IMG/VR virus record: IMGVR_UViG_3300045988_142974
Location: 96,001 to 160,000 of that record
Strand: one strand, 5' to 3'
Length of the DNA stretch: 64,000 nucleotides
From: a virus
Below, piece after piece: positions 1 to 8,155 of the stretch (position 1 is its first letter; every line of letters begins with the position of its first letter). Below the pieces are notes generated by a model that saw only the letters and a list, made by a program, of their open reading frames with translations, ran no database searches and was not told where the DNA came from. The position numbers and the translations under genes were made by a program.

Positions 1-98
1 CGAAAGAATATAAAGAAATTAAAGGTAGATTAGTAGATGCAGTTGCACCATTAAATGCAGATAAAATAAAAGAGATTGCCAATAGAATTGAGTATTAA
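1..98 (+). CDS. hypothetical protein, C-terminal fragment (gene starts upstream of window)
   Basis: Open frame 3..98 ending ...DKIKEIANRIEY*. The C-terminus and the spacer after it closely resemble those of ORF 133..384. Confidence 0.45.
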   Translation, partial: KEYKEIKGRLVDAVAPLNADKIKEIANRIEY

Positions 99-132
99 AT
101 GTTACTAAGAATTTTAAGTTTACTATGGAAGA

Positions 133-384
133 TTGGAGGTGATTATTATTTTTGAAAGTGAATTACAAGAAAATATAAATGATACAATATTGAAAAAATA
201 TAAGAATTTAATAAAAAAGTTATCAATTGATAATAGAGTTTTATGTATCTGTAAAGATAATGAGAATGGAGAATATTATCTTGAAGAATGTTGCGATAAC
301 TATTTTAAATACACATTGACAAAAGAAGATTGTTTGCAATTAGCAAAATTATTCAATGAGATTGCAAATACAATTGAATATTGA
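133..384 (+). CDS. hypothetical small protein, tandem paralog of the preceding gene; start codon uncertain
   Basis: ORF track. Ends ...FNEIANTIEY*. The TTG at 133 lies inside the SD GGAGGTGAT (135-143), so an in-frame ATT at 145/148 is more plausible. Confidence 0.5.
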   Translation: MEVIIIFESELQENINDTILKKYKNLIKKLSIDNRVLCICKDNENGEYYLEECCDNYFKYTLTKEDCLQLAKLFNEIANTIEY

Positions 385-420
385 ATGTTACTAAGAAGTT
401 TAAGTTCCGAGAGGTGATAT

Positions 421-735
421 ATGACGTTAGAAGAGTGTAACGGAAATTGGAATTTTATGTATGAATTTAGAATTGGAGAAAATTGGTATCCATGTAATGT
501 AATCAAAGTAGATAATGATCAGGTGTGTATCTTTACAAGAAATGGATCTGTAACGTCAGAACAACGTAAAGACGTAAGAAAAATGGACATAGATTTATAC
601 TTACAAACAAGATTAAGAATAATTAGAGATATTGGAAAATATGCTTATAATCATGGATACCATAATGATATAGAAGATGACTTGATGTTATTTCGTAATT
701 CAAAAGAATTAAACGTTTTAGAGAAGGGAGAATGA
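421..735 (+). CDS. hypothetical protein
   Basis: ORF track; SD GAGAGGTGAT upstream; no recognisable domain. Confidence 0.6.
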   Translation: MTLEECNGNWNFMYEFRIGENWYPCNVIKVDNDQVCIFTRNGSVTSEQRKDVRKMDIDLYLQTRLRIIRDIGKYAYNHGYHNDIEDDLMLFRNSKELNVLEKGE

Positions 736-971
736 TCATTATGCATGTGAATAAATTTGAAACAAAATCGGATGAAGAATTATCTGTATTATACGGACAA
801 TTTCTTGAAGCAGAAAAAATATCTGGTTTTTCAGATGATAACGAATTGGGGAAAATTAAAAAAGAATATGAAAAAGATTTCGGAGCAAATACTGTATTAA
901 TGCTTCAAATTGAATTGACTCATACAATAGCAAACAGATGGTTTATAGAACATAGAGGCAAAGAAATTTAA
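732..971 (+). CDS. hypothetical protein
   Basis: ORF track; ATGA stop/start overlap with the previous gene; no recognisable domain. Confidence 0.55.
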   Translation: MIIMHVNKFETKSDEELSVLYGQFLEAEKISGFSDDNELGKIKKEYEKDFGANTVLMLQIELTHTIANRWFIEHRGKEI

Positions 972-987
972 CTTTCCTTGTCATTAT

Positions 988-1097
988 GTGGGTAGCTAAT
1001 ATAGGGGCTGCTTTGACGAAAGCAAACGAGTTCAAGTCTCATAAATCAGTAATCAGGCTGACAGAAGTAAGAATAGGTTCAAGTCCTATCGCCCACA
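988..1097 (+). ncRNA. tRNA-like element (non-canonical, 110 nt)
   Basis: Acceptor-like pairing GTGGGT(988-993)/GCCCAC(1091-1096). Canonical T-arm ATAGG-TTCAAGT-CCTAT (1073-1089) abuts the 3' strand. D-loop-like AGC-TAATATAGGG-GCT. There is no 7-nt anticodon loop, and a second degenerate T-loop copy sits at 1028-1040. Confidence 0.4.
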
Positions 1098-1137
1098 ATA
1101 TGATGAATGATGATTTCTTTAATTTGGAGGTAATGAT

Positions 1138-1428
1138 ATGACAAAAAGTCAAATAGAAAAATTTGCAGTAGGTTATTCTTCTTATCCTACAGACTGTGTG
1201 GAAGAAGTATTAAAAGTTACTAATTTCGATGAAGATTTAGCGAGGAAAATTTTAGATGACAAAGAGAAAACATTAGCAATTTGGCAGAATGGAACAATAA
1301 TGATTGATGGAGTAACACTTTGTTGTGGATATGATTTCGCAGAAGATGCTTTTAGCAAAAAGATAAATATTGGTTATTGTCCGATTTGTGGAAGAAAAAT
1401 TGTAATTAAGAAGCCAATGAATGAATGA
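1138..1428 (+). CDS. hypothetical protein with C-terminal zinc-ribbon (CPICG)
   Basis: ORF track; SD GGAGGT upstream. Confidence 0.6.
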   Translation: MTKSQIEKFAVGYSSYPTDCVEEVLKVTNFDEDLARKILDDKEKTLAIWQNGTIMIDGVTLCCGYDFAEDAFSKKINIGYCPICGRKIVIKKPMNE

Positions 1429-1477
1429 TTTATTGGGAAGATTGGAAGAGGTGATATGAATGGAGCAATGGGATATT

Positions 1478-1636
1478 ATGTGCTGTAAATGTGGGAAATT
1501 CATTCTAACAGAACAAAAAGAGAAAATGACGGGAAATATAAAATGTATTAAAGGCAACTATAAAGATGGTTTTTACAATGGAGCTGAAGATAAGTTTTAT
1601 TGTAAAAAATGCGCTAATAAATTAGGATTTAGGTGA
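1478..1636 (+). CDS. small zinc-ribbon protein (52 aa, below ORF-track cutoff)
   Basis: Hand translation MCCKCGKF...YCKKCANKLGFR*; two CxxC pairs. Confidence 0.4.
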   Translation: MCCKCGKFILTEQKEKMTGNIKCIKGNYKDGFYNGAEDKFYCKKCANKLGFR

Positions 1637-1641
1637 TACAA

Positions 1642-1809
1642 ATGACAAGAATAATGGATAAGCCAAACAAAATAAAGGCAAAACTTATTGTTGAAGTTGA
1701 AGCTGAATTTTATGACAATGAATCATCAGAAGAAACATTAAGATATTGTGTTGAACAGGACTTAGAAGATACAGGATTAAATGTTATTGATGTTTCAGTA
1801 ATTGAATGA
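1642..1809 (+). CDS. small acidic hypothetical protein (55 aa)
   Basis: Hand translation MTRIMDKPNKIKAKLIVEVEAEF...; SD AGGTGAT 6 nt upstream. Confidence 0.4.
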   Translation: MTRIMDKPNKIKAKLIVEVEAEFYDNESSEETLRYCVEQDLEDTGLNVIDVSVIE

Positions 1810-1819
1810 GGTGGTATAG

Positions 1820-2050
1820 ATGGAATTTAAGAAAGGCGATAGAGTATTTCATAAGGGCTTAGAGCTTATAGGAACTTTTATGGAATATGCATGGAATAGT
1901 GATGAAGAAGCTATTGTGAAATTTGATAATGCTGACAATCCTGATGACTGTAGACATATATCTGTAAATCAATTACAGAATTGTCCAAGTAACGAAGAGA
2001 TTGGAAAGAGAATTGCGAGGTATAACAGGGGAATTAAAGAGGTGATATAA
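1820..2050 (+). CDS. hypothetical protein
   Basis: ORF track; SD GAGGTGGT upstream. Confidence 0.6.
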   Translation: MEFKKGDRVFHKGLELIGTFMEYAWNSDEEAIVKFDNADNPDDCRHISVNQLQNCPSNEEIGKRIARYNRGIKEVI

Positions 2051-2314
2051 ATGAGTCGAATTAATAAAACGCAAAATAACTTAGATACTGTGTGGAATAA
2101 TTTAGATTTAGCTTATGAATATATGGAAAGAGCTATTGAAGATTTATCACAAATGACTGGATTATCTGATGAATTAAAGAGAATGGTTGAGCAGTACGAT
2201 TTGTCGGAAATCAGTATAATGAAGCAGGAAATTGAAGAATTGATGTTTAATGCTGATGGCACACAAAGAACCGCTAAAATAGATGACTATAGAAGTGGTA
2301 AAATTTCACTGTAA
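2051..2314 (+). CDS. hypothetical protein
   Basis: ORF track; SD GAGGTGAT upstream. Confidence 0.6.
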   Translation: MSRINKTQNNLDTVWNNLDLAYEYMERAIEDLSQMTGLSDELKRMVEQYDLSEISIMKQEIEELMFNADGTQRTAKIDDYRSGKISL

Positions 2315-2482
2315 ATGATGGGGATGCAAATGGAATCAATTATAAATGAATTGGCAAAAAAAGATAACTTTACAAATGACAAGCAGTATAATTCAGGTTT
2401 AAGGCTAATAAGAGAAATGGGTTATCGCTATGTCAGTGGAGAACCTGAAGTTAAGTATTATTGTATATGTAATGGGTACTAA
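2315..2482 (+). CDS. small hypothetical protein (start 2315-2330 uncertain)
   Basis: Hand translation of an open frame filling the gap between 2314 and 2516. Confidence 0.35.
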   Translation: MMGMQMESIINELAKKDNFTNDKQYNSGLRLIREMGYRYVSGEPEVKYYCICNGY

Positions 2483-2515
2483 GAATTTGTTGGAAAGTTG
2501 GAAGAGGTGATATAG

Positions 2516-2797
2516 ATGGAAGAAATAAATGCGGCATTGATCTCCATACAACAATTTAAAATCGCATATAGTAATGAAAATGGAGTTATAACTGTTGGTG
2601 ATATTAAAGATTTAATGGCTAATATAGATACTATAGAAGAATGTGTAAGAAAGCAAAAGAGAATCCCAACAACTAACGAAAGAGAATTTGGTTTATTTGG
2701 AAAATCAAAAATTGTACATCGGTGTAGTATTTGTGGTAGTAATGTATATTCTACAAATGTATATTGTCCTCAATGTGGGCAGAAATTTTGTATGTGA
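2516..2797 (+). CDS. hypothetical protein with C-terminal zinc-ribbon (CSICG...CPQCG)
   Basis: ORF track; SD GAGGTGAT upstream. Confidence 0.6.
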   Translation: MEEINAALISIQQFKIAYSNENGVITVGDIKDLMANIDTIEECVRKQKRIPTTNEREFGLFGKSKIVHRCSICGSNVYSTNVYCPQCGQKFCM

Positions 2798-2841
2798 AGT
2801 ATTAGATTTAATTGAAGAATTGATGAAATGAGGTAATGTAG

Positions 2842-3105
2842 ATGGAAAATAAAAAAACATTAAAATATTTAAATGATATGAAGAATAGTAAAATGCCACC
2901 ATTTGATAGTCAATATGAATTTTTCTTTGCTACACTGGAAGATTATTATATTGCAAAATCAAATGGTGCAAAGATAATAAAAGAGGAGCTTATGGAATGG
3001 GATTCTGAAGCACAAAAAGAAATTGTTAATATATTGGCTGATATTATAGAATCTGATGAATTGATTGGTTTTGATAGAAATGATATTTTATCGTTAGCTG
3101 ATTAA
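2842..3105 (+). CDS. hypothetical protein
   Basis: ORF track; SD upstream. Confidence 0.6.
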   Translation: MENKKTLKYLNDMKNSKMPPFDSQYEFFFATLEDYYIAKSNGAKIIKEELMEWDSEAQKEIVNILADIIESDELIGFDRNDILSLAD

Positions 3106-3144
3106 ATGACGATTTCATTCACTTAGTATGGAGAAATTATAAGT

Positions 3145-3444
3145 ATGAAAAAAGAAGAGAAAATAAGAGTTATAAAATGGTACATTAGCCACCACATGAA
3201 TACAAAAGCCGATTATAGTGAAGTTGACGATTTGAAAGAGCTTGAAGAAATAGTAAGAACAGCAACAAATTGTTTTGGCGAAAGCGATAGATGCAATCAA
3301 TGCACTTCAGACGGAAAATCTTATTGTAAAAGATGTGCTAATTGTATTGAATGGCATTGGGATAAAGATATTATAGAAACAGCAGATAATTATCGTTTTC
3401 GATATACATATTGGAAAACATTTTTTGATATGGAAACCAAATGA
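3145..3444 (+). CDS. hypothetical Cys-rich protein
   Basis: ORF track; CNQC...CKRCANC cluster. Confidence 0.6.
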   Translation: MKKEEKIRVIKWYISHHMNTKADYSEVDDLKELEEIVRTATNCFGESDRCNQCTSDGKSYCKRCANCIEWHWDKDIIETADNYRFRYTYWKTFFDMETK

Positions 3445-3477
3445 AAAATTGCTTTCAAGTAGAATGGAGGATGTAAT

Positions 3478-3687
3478 ATGAAATATAATGTACAAATGTT
3501 AGTAACAGGTACGGTAACGAAAACCGTAGAGGCTGATTCTCCTTATAAGGCAAAGGAAATTGCAAGTGAAAAGTATGGAGATCAAAGTATTACATTATGT
3601 TCAAGATGTGCCCATATTGTTGAAGGATTGTCAATATCCGAAGATCCAGATTCTTATGAAGCTGAATTGATAGAAGAAATAGATTAA
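3478..3687 (+). CDS. hypothetical protein
   Basis: ORF track; SD GGAGGA upstream. Confidence 0.6.
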   Translation: MKYNVQMLVTGTVTKTVEADSPYKAKEIASEKYGDQSITLCSRCAHIVEGLSISEDPDSYEAELIEEID

Positions 3688-3718
3688 ATAATTGTTTTCA
3701 AATGGAAGAGGAGGAAAA

Positions 3719-4012
3719 ATGAAAGTAGTAGATTTGATTAATAAATTAAATGAAATTGGATATGACGAAAACACAGAGCTGACTTTTAGCTGCGTAGATG
3801 GAAATTCAGGCGAATGTTATGAAGTTCCATTTGATGAAATTAGTTTTGGAGAAAATTTAACTGGTGAACCTTATCGTAATGATGTAATTGATATAGGTTT
3901 AGATGTTGATTCGGTAAAAGATTATATACAGGCTAAGTCTGACGGATATGTGAACGATATGATCGACGAAATAAGAGAAGTTTTGAGTAAACATGATCCT
4001 TGGAAAAATTAA
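3719..4012 (+). CDS. hypothetical protein
   Basis: ORF track, trimmed to the ATG 8 nt after GAGGAGGA. Confidence 0.6.
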   Translation: MKVVDLINKLNEIGYDENTELTFSCVDGNSGECYEVPFDEISFGENLTGEPYRNDVIDIGLDVDSVKDYIQAKSDGYVNDMIDEIREVLSKHDPWKN

Positions 4013-4029
4013 AAATAAATTTAATTGTT

Positions 4030-4060
4030 GAAGAAGTGGAAATAAACCACTTCTTTTTTG
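4030..4060 (+). terminator. rho-independent terminator
   Basis: Stem AAGAAGTGG (4031-4039)/CCACTTCTT (4047-4055), 7-nt loop, then a T-run. Confidence 0.7.
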
Positions 4061-4073
4061 TTGCGGAAATGAG

Positions 4074-4352
4074 GTGAATTATGAATTGAGCAGATATAAA
4101 AATGGAAATCCCAAATATGCAAGTAGATTTATATGTATGAGGTGTATGAGTGAAAATATGTTAGCTAGAGGCATTCAAAGGCAGCGACAAAGAGAACGAA
4201 AACACGTTAAAGACCTATATTGTTTGAGATGTGGTGAAATCACAAAATGCATTGAGGTTAGATTTTGTGACTCTTATGACGAGATTTTTGAAGTCGCAAA
4301 GATTAAAAGAGAGAATTATTACATAGATGATTATGAAAGAGAGGTTGATTAA
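4074..4352 (+). CDS. zinc-ribbon protein immediately upstream of integrase (possible directionality/accessory factor; start uncertain, TTG 4086 possible)
   Basis: ORF track; CMRC...CLRC motif; overlaps the integrase start region. Confidence 0.5.
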   Translation: MNYELSRYKNGNPKYASRFICMRCMSENMLARGIQRQRQRERKHVKDLYCLRCGEITKCIEVRFCDSYDEIFEVAKIKRENYYIDDYEREVD

Positions 4353-4353
4353 T

Positions 4354-5334
4354 ATGGCACAGACAAAAGATTATGCGACTAAGAAAAAGGGCAAAACAGA
4401 GGTGCAGCCATTTTGGAACATGTCAGACATTAAGAATGTTATTGAGTGGTTTGAGAAGAACGAGGAATGGGATGGATATTTGATTACACTACTTGAATTA
4501 TTACTTGGTAGACGAATCGGTGATACAGTGATGACGAAGTGGTCAGATCTGTATTACGAAAACGGAAATCGTAAAAATGAAATTGATACTATTGAAGAAC
4601 AGAAAACAGGTAAGATTACTAATCTTCCTATAAGTAATATGGTGTGGGAGGCTGTTGATAATTATTTGTCACACGTCAAAATCAATCCAATGGAGCATTA
4701 TGATGAATATATCTTTCAGTATCAGCCTAAGACAGATTGGATTAATAGATGTACGTTAGATATATATTCTGAAAATAGTATAAATACTTGGTGCAAGGCG
4801 TTAAATAAAGACTTTTCTGATAAGCGAAAGGAAAAGATATTTAATGATTTTCATAAGCAGAAAAAATATTCATCATTGGGAGATTACCTTTATTATGAAG
4901 TTGAATATAATGATGTGGTTAAATGGCAGACAGATGATTATAGAAAGAAATTAAAGAAAGCAGTTAAAGATGTTGGAATAACTTCACCTGTGTCGAGTCA
5001 CAGCCTCCGTAAGTCTTTCGGCTATTGGATACATAAGACACATCCATTTGATCCTGACTGTCTACTATCATTGCAGAAATTGTTCAATCATACTGATCTT
5101 CAGACAACAATGAATTATATTGGCTTAACAGAAGAGAAAAATCGACAGTTAATCAACGATCATGGAGAGTTTATCCATAACGTACTTGCAGGTAAAGGAG
5201 ATGAGATAGTTAAGAATATGCCAGTTATTTCTCTGAAATCTGATGATTTTGGAAAGATAATAAGAATGCTTACGGATGATGTAGATAAGTATCAAGCTGC
5301 AATTGATATGGCAAATGAATTAAGAGTAATGTAG
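4354..5334 (+). CDS. int: tyrosine recombinase / phage integrase
   Basis: Catalytic-signature motifs LGRRIGD (Arg I), HSLRKSF (H-x-x-R) and LQTTMNYIG (Tyr). Trimmed to MAQTKDY. Confidence 0.85.
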   Translation: MAQTKDYATKKKGKTEVQPFWNMSDIKNVIEWFEKNEEWDGYLITLLELLLGRRIGDTVMTKWSDLYYENGNRKNEIDTIEEQKTGKITNLPISNMVWEAVDNYLSHVKINPMEHYDEYIFQYQPKTDWINRCTLDIYSENSINTWCKALNKDFSDKRKEKIFNDFHKQKKYSSLGDYLYYEVEYNDVVKWQTDDYRKKLKKAVKDVGITSPVSSHSLRKSFGYWIHKTHPFDPDCLLSLQKLFNHTDLQTTMNYIGLTEEKNRQLINDHGEFIHNVLAGKGDEIVKNMPVISLKSDDFGKIIRMLTDDVDKYQAAIDMANELRVM

Positions 5335-5354
5335 GTATGTAAAGGGATAATACG

Positions 5355-5579
5355 TTATTTTGTATTATCCTTTTTAATAAATTCAACATCCATATCTAAA
5401 TCAAGAGCGTCACATATCTCTATTAATGAATCAATAGTTATGTTTTTATGATTTAATCTGGAATATAATGCAGATGATGAAATATTTAATTTATCTGCGA
5501 CCTCTTGTTTTTGAAGTTCTTTTTCAGTTATGATTGTTTTAATTTTTAACAGAAGTTGTTTGCTATTTCTTACTATCAT
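5355..5579 (-). CDS. XRE/Cro-CI-type helix-turn-helix transcriptional regulator
   Basis: 74 aa; HTH QKQEVADKLNISSSALYSRLN. It is the only minus-strand gene and is divergent from 5772..6155. Confidence 0.8.
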   Translation of the reverse strand: MIVRNSKQLLLKIKTIITEKELQKQEVADKLNISSSALYSRLNHKNITIDSLIEICDALDLDMDVEFIKKDNTK

Positions 5580-5593
5580 ATTTCACTCCTTTT

Positions 5594-5727
5594 CAAGATA
5601 TATCTGTATTATATAAGATATGTACAAAATTAACAAGACATAATTTAAATTTTTGTTTATTATTTTATCTTAAAAATACAAGATATATCTTGAATTATAT
5701 TGAAATATGTTGTATTATATGAAATAT
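5594..5727. promoter_or_regulatory. divergent promoter/operator region with repeated operator-like sites
   Basis: Perfect 14-bp palindrome CAAGATATATCTTG (5679-5692) with near-copy CAAGATATATCTG (5594-5606). Second repeat GTATTATATAAGATAT (5606-5621) / GTATTATATGAAATAT (5712-5727). Confidence 0.55.
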
Positions 5728-5771
5728 CAAAGGTAATCCATACATAAAATAATCAGAGAGGAGGCTTACAT

Positions 5772-6155
5772 ATGGATTTACAGAGATATGATATTGTTAG
5801 AGCAAAAATAAAATATGAAGGCATGGGATCTGTTCAAACAAAGGAGCGTCCATATGTAGTTGTTAGTAATCCGATAGGAACTAAAAATGCAACGATAATT
5901 ACGGTGATGCCTTTGACTTCAAAAATAAAAAAGATAAATATGCCAGTTCATGAGTGTATTTGTGCTGATAATAAAAATGGACTCACTGAATACTCAATGG
6001 TCTTAGGTGAGCAGCCTATAACTATTTCTAAGAATGAAATAAAAGCAAAGATAGGAACAGTAACCAATCAGAATGATAAGAACCTTATTAATAAGGTGTG
6101 TTTTAACACATTCTTCTTTGGCGAAGATATTAATTGGGAGGAGGTACTTGCATAA
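5772..6155 (+). CDS. MazF/PemK-family toxin-like endoribonuclease
   Basis: Family pattern RYDIV...ERPYVVVSN...ITVMPLTSK...; size 127 aa. Confidence 0.75.
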   Translation: MDLQRYDIVRAKIKYEGMGSVQTKERPYVVVSNPIGTKNATIITVMPLTSKIKKINMPVHECICADNKNGLTEYSMVLGEQPITISKNEIKAKIGTVTNQNDKNLINKVCFNTFFFGEDINWEEVLA

Positions 6156-6406
6156 TGTATGTAAGCAAAGAAGAAGCTAAGAGAATGATAGATGAAGCCC
6201 CTGGTAAAATATGGATTGATTCATTTAACAGAATTGCATTTATTCATACAAAACCAAAGCAGATTTCTATTGACGAAGGAAAAAGAATAATAAATAAGGC
6301 AAGAACAATTGATTATCTGGATAATGATTTTTTTGGTCATTTATGTTTGGATATGCAGACGGAGTTTGTTCATAACATAAATTTTCTTCAAAGGGAAAGG
6401 GAATAA
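6155..6406 (+). CDS. hypothetical protein translationally coupled to the MazF-like gene (candidate partner/antitoxin)
   Basis: TAATG stop/start overlap at 6153-6157; SD GGGAGGAGG upstream; no recognisable domain. Confidence 0.55.
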   Translation: MYVSKEEAKRMIDEAPGKIWIDSFNRIAFIHTKPKQISIDEGKRIINKARTIDYLDNDFFGHLCLDMQTEFVHNINFLQRERE

Positions 6407-6440
6407 CAGAAATTGCTCCGAACATTTATTCGATTTTGTA

Positions 6441-6470
6441 TTGACAAGAATATATGTTCGGGTTTATAGT
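6441..6470 (+). promoter_or_regulatory. sigma-70-like promoter (TTGACA-18-TATAGT) bracketed by an 8-bp inverted repeat
   Basis: TTGACA at 6441-6446 and TATAGT at 6465-6470. CCGAACAT (6418-6425) / ATGTTCGG (6454-6461) flank the -35 box. Confidence 0.5.
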
Positions 6471-6558
6471 ATAAAAAAGAACAGAGCAAGCGATTCAAAC
6501 GGTGCTACCAACACCTTTCTACTTACTCTGTTCAAAGAACACAATTACATATTAACTG

Positions 6559-6625
6559 AATAATATGAATCGCAATTAAATTATATTACTAATTTATAAT
6601 TAAGTCAATTGCGTTTCATATTATT
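6559..6625. repeat. 19-bp inverted repeat (1 mismatch) separated by 29 nt
   Basis: AATAATATGAATCGCAATT (6559-6577) versus AATTGCGTTTCATATTATT (6607-6625). Confidence 0.7.
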
Positions 6626-6723
6626 TCCCTCAAAATTAACAATTAAATATGCATTTCATATGCTTTAGTCAATATTCTAAGGCTTATTAAAGTGCACCCT
6701 CAAATTAGAAAGGAGTGGTCATT

Positions 6724-7317
6724 TTGGACTATGTTATTAAAAATAATAACAAAGTTTACATTCGTGTAAGAAATGGAAGGACAGAAACTTGTTCGGAGAA
6801 TTTAAAAGGAGTTTTTAGTGAACACAAAGCAAAGAATATATTAAATTCGTTACCCAAAACATTAAGAAGATATCATTTTTATGTAGAGGCTATACCTGAT
6901 ATTGCGCCAAAAGTAAAAGAAAATAAAGTTTATGAAATTCCAGAAGAGGTGAGTCGATGGATTAATAAATTTGGTACATGTGGTGAAATTTTAGCAGAAG
7001 CAAAGGCAAGAAGTGATATTTTAGTAGCGCAAATAAATAGCTCAGACGAAGAATTGATAGACATTGTACATGAGGCAGAATTAGAACCGGATTTAAATAT
7101 GTATAAAGGTTATTTAATATACGCAAAAATTCGGAACAATCGCAGGGAGAGACGTAAATTAAAAGACGAATTGTTAATTATATCAGATATTTTGGATGAC
7201 ATTAGTCCTTCGAAGTTACATAAAAGTAGAATTCAAAAAGCTGTTGATGGTTTGTTACATAGAAAATATACGTACAGGATTACAGAGACGGAGGCGGATG
7301 AAGATAATGGTATGTAA
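6724..7317 (+). CDS. hypothetical protein (track start 6715 GTG abuts the SD; TTG 6724 preferred)
   Basis: ORF track; SD AAAGGAG at 6709-6714. Confidence 0.55.
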   Translation: MDYVIKNNNKVYIRVRNGRTETCSENLKGVFSEHKAKNILNSLPKTLRRYHFYVEAIPDIAPKVKENKVYEIPEEVSRWINKFGTCGEILAEAKARSDILVAQINSSDEELIDIVHEAELEPDLNMYKGYLIYAKIRNNRRERRKLKDELLIISDILDDISPSKLHKSRIQKAVDGLLHRKYTYRITETEADEDNGM

Positions 7318-7495
7318 AAAATGCTTGATTCCTATGGTAGAGACTATGAGTTTTCAACCAGGAGAAAGAAATCGACATGATAGATATTGTAAGTGTCCAA
7401 AATGTAAAAGAGAAACTAAACATATTAAAATTATGAATTCTGAACTGACTTTTGGAGAATACATAAATAAGGAGTTGCGAAAGGTAAGTAGATGA
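7298..7495 (+). CDS. zinc-ribbon protein
   Basis: MKIMVCKKC...CKCPKC; overlaps the end of the previous gene. Confidence 0.5.
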   Translation: MKIMVCKKCLIPMVETMSFQPGERNRHDRYCKCPKCKRETKHIKIMNSELTFGEYINKELRKVSR

Positions 7496-7496
7496 A

Positions 7497-8138
7497 ATGA
7501 TTAATAAAGAGATGATGAGGATTATTAATAGTAATCCTGAGATGATGGCTGTTGTTAATTCGTATATGGAAAATGATATGAGAAAACTCAAAAAAATATG
7601 TCATAAAGTTTGGTACGGGAAGTTTGATAGAAGTGATTATGATGAACTATATGATGTGGCGGTTGATTGTCTTATAGAAACATTAATTACATACAATAAT
7701 GAAAAAGCTCGTTTAGAAACATTTCTTGTAGGAAATATCATGAGGAAGACAAGCACATGGATGCGAGATAATAAATATAGATTAAAACGCCAGAATCTTT
7801 TAAAAGACGAAAATGGGAAATTAATTCTTGATGAAAAGGGTAATCCTCAAATTGTTATGAATGTCTCATTAGATATGAATACAGACGAGGTAAAAAATAT
7901 TAAAGATAATTTACCTTCAAGAGAGAATGTAGAGAAAGAGATATTTACAGAAGAATATACTGACAAAGTTGAATTATATTTGCAACAATTGCCACGAAAA
8001 CAGGAAAAGGTAGCGAGATTGTTATCTCAGCAGTATACGAAAGATGAGATATTAGAAATATTACATATAACTGCAAGCGAATACAATGATTGTTTAGCAG
8101 GATTAAGAAAGTATGAATACATATCAATTTTATTTTAA
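7497..8138 (+). CDS. sigma-70-family (ECF-like) RNA polymerase sigma factor
   Basis: 213 aa; C-terminal region-4-like HTH QEKVARLLSQQYTKDEILEILHITASEYNDCLAGLRK; N-terminal helical region-2-like segment. Confidence 0.65.
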   Translation: MINKEMMRIINSNPEMMAVVNSYMENDMRKLKKICHKVWYGKFDRSDYDELYDVAVDCLIETLITYNNEKARLETFLVGNIMRKTSTWMRDNKYRLKRQNLLKDENGKLILDEKGNPQIVMNVSLDMNTDEVKNIKDNLPSRENVEKEIFTEEYTDKVELYLQQLPRKQEKVARLLSQQYTKDEILEILHITASEYNDCLAGLRKYEYISILF

Positions 8139-8155
8139 TTAGGAGGAAGCAAGTT

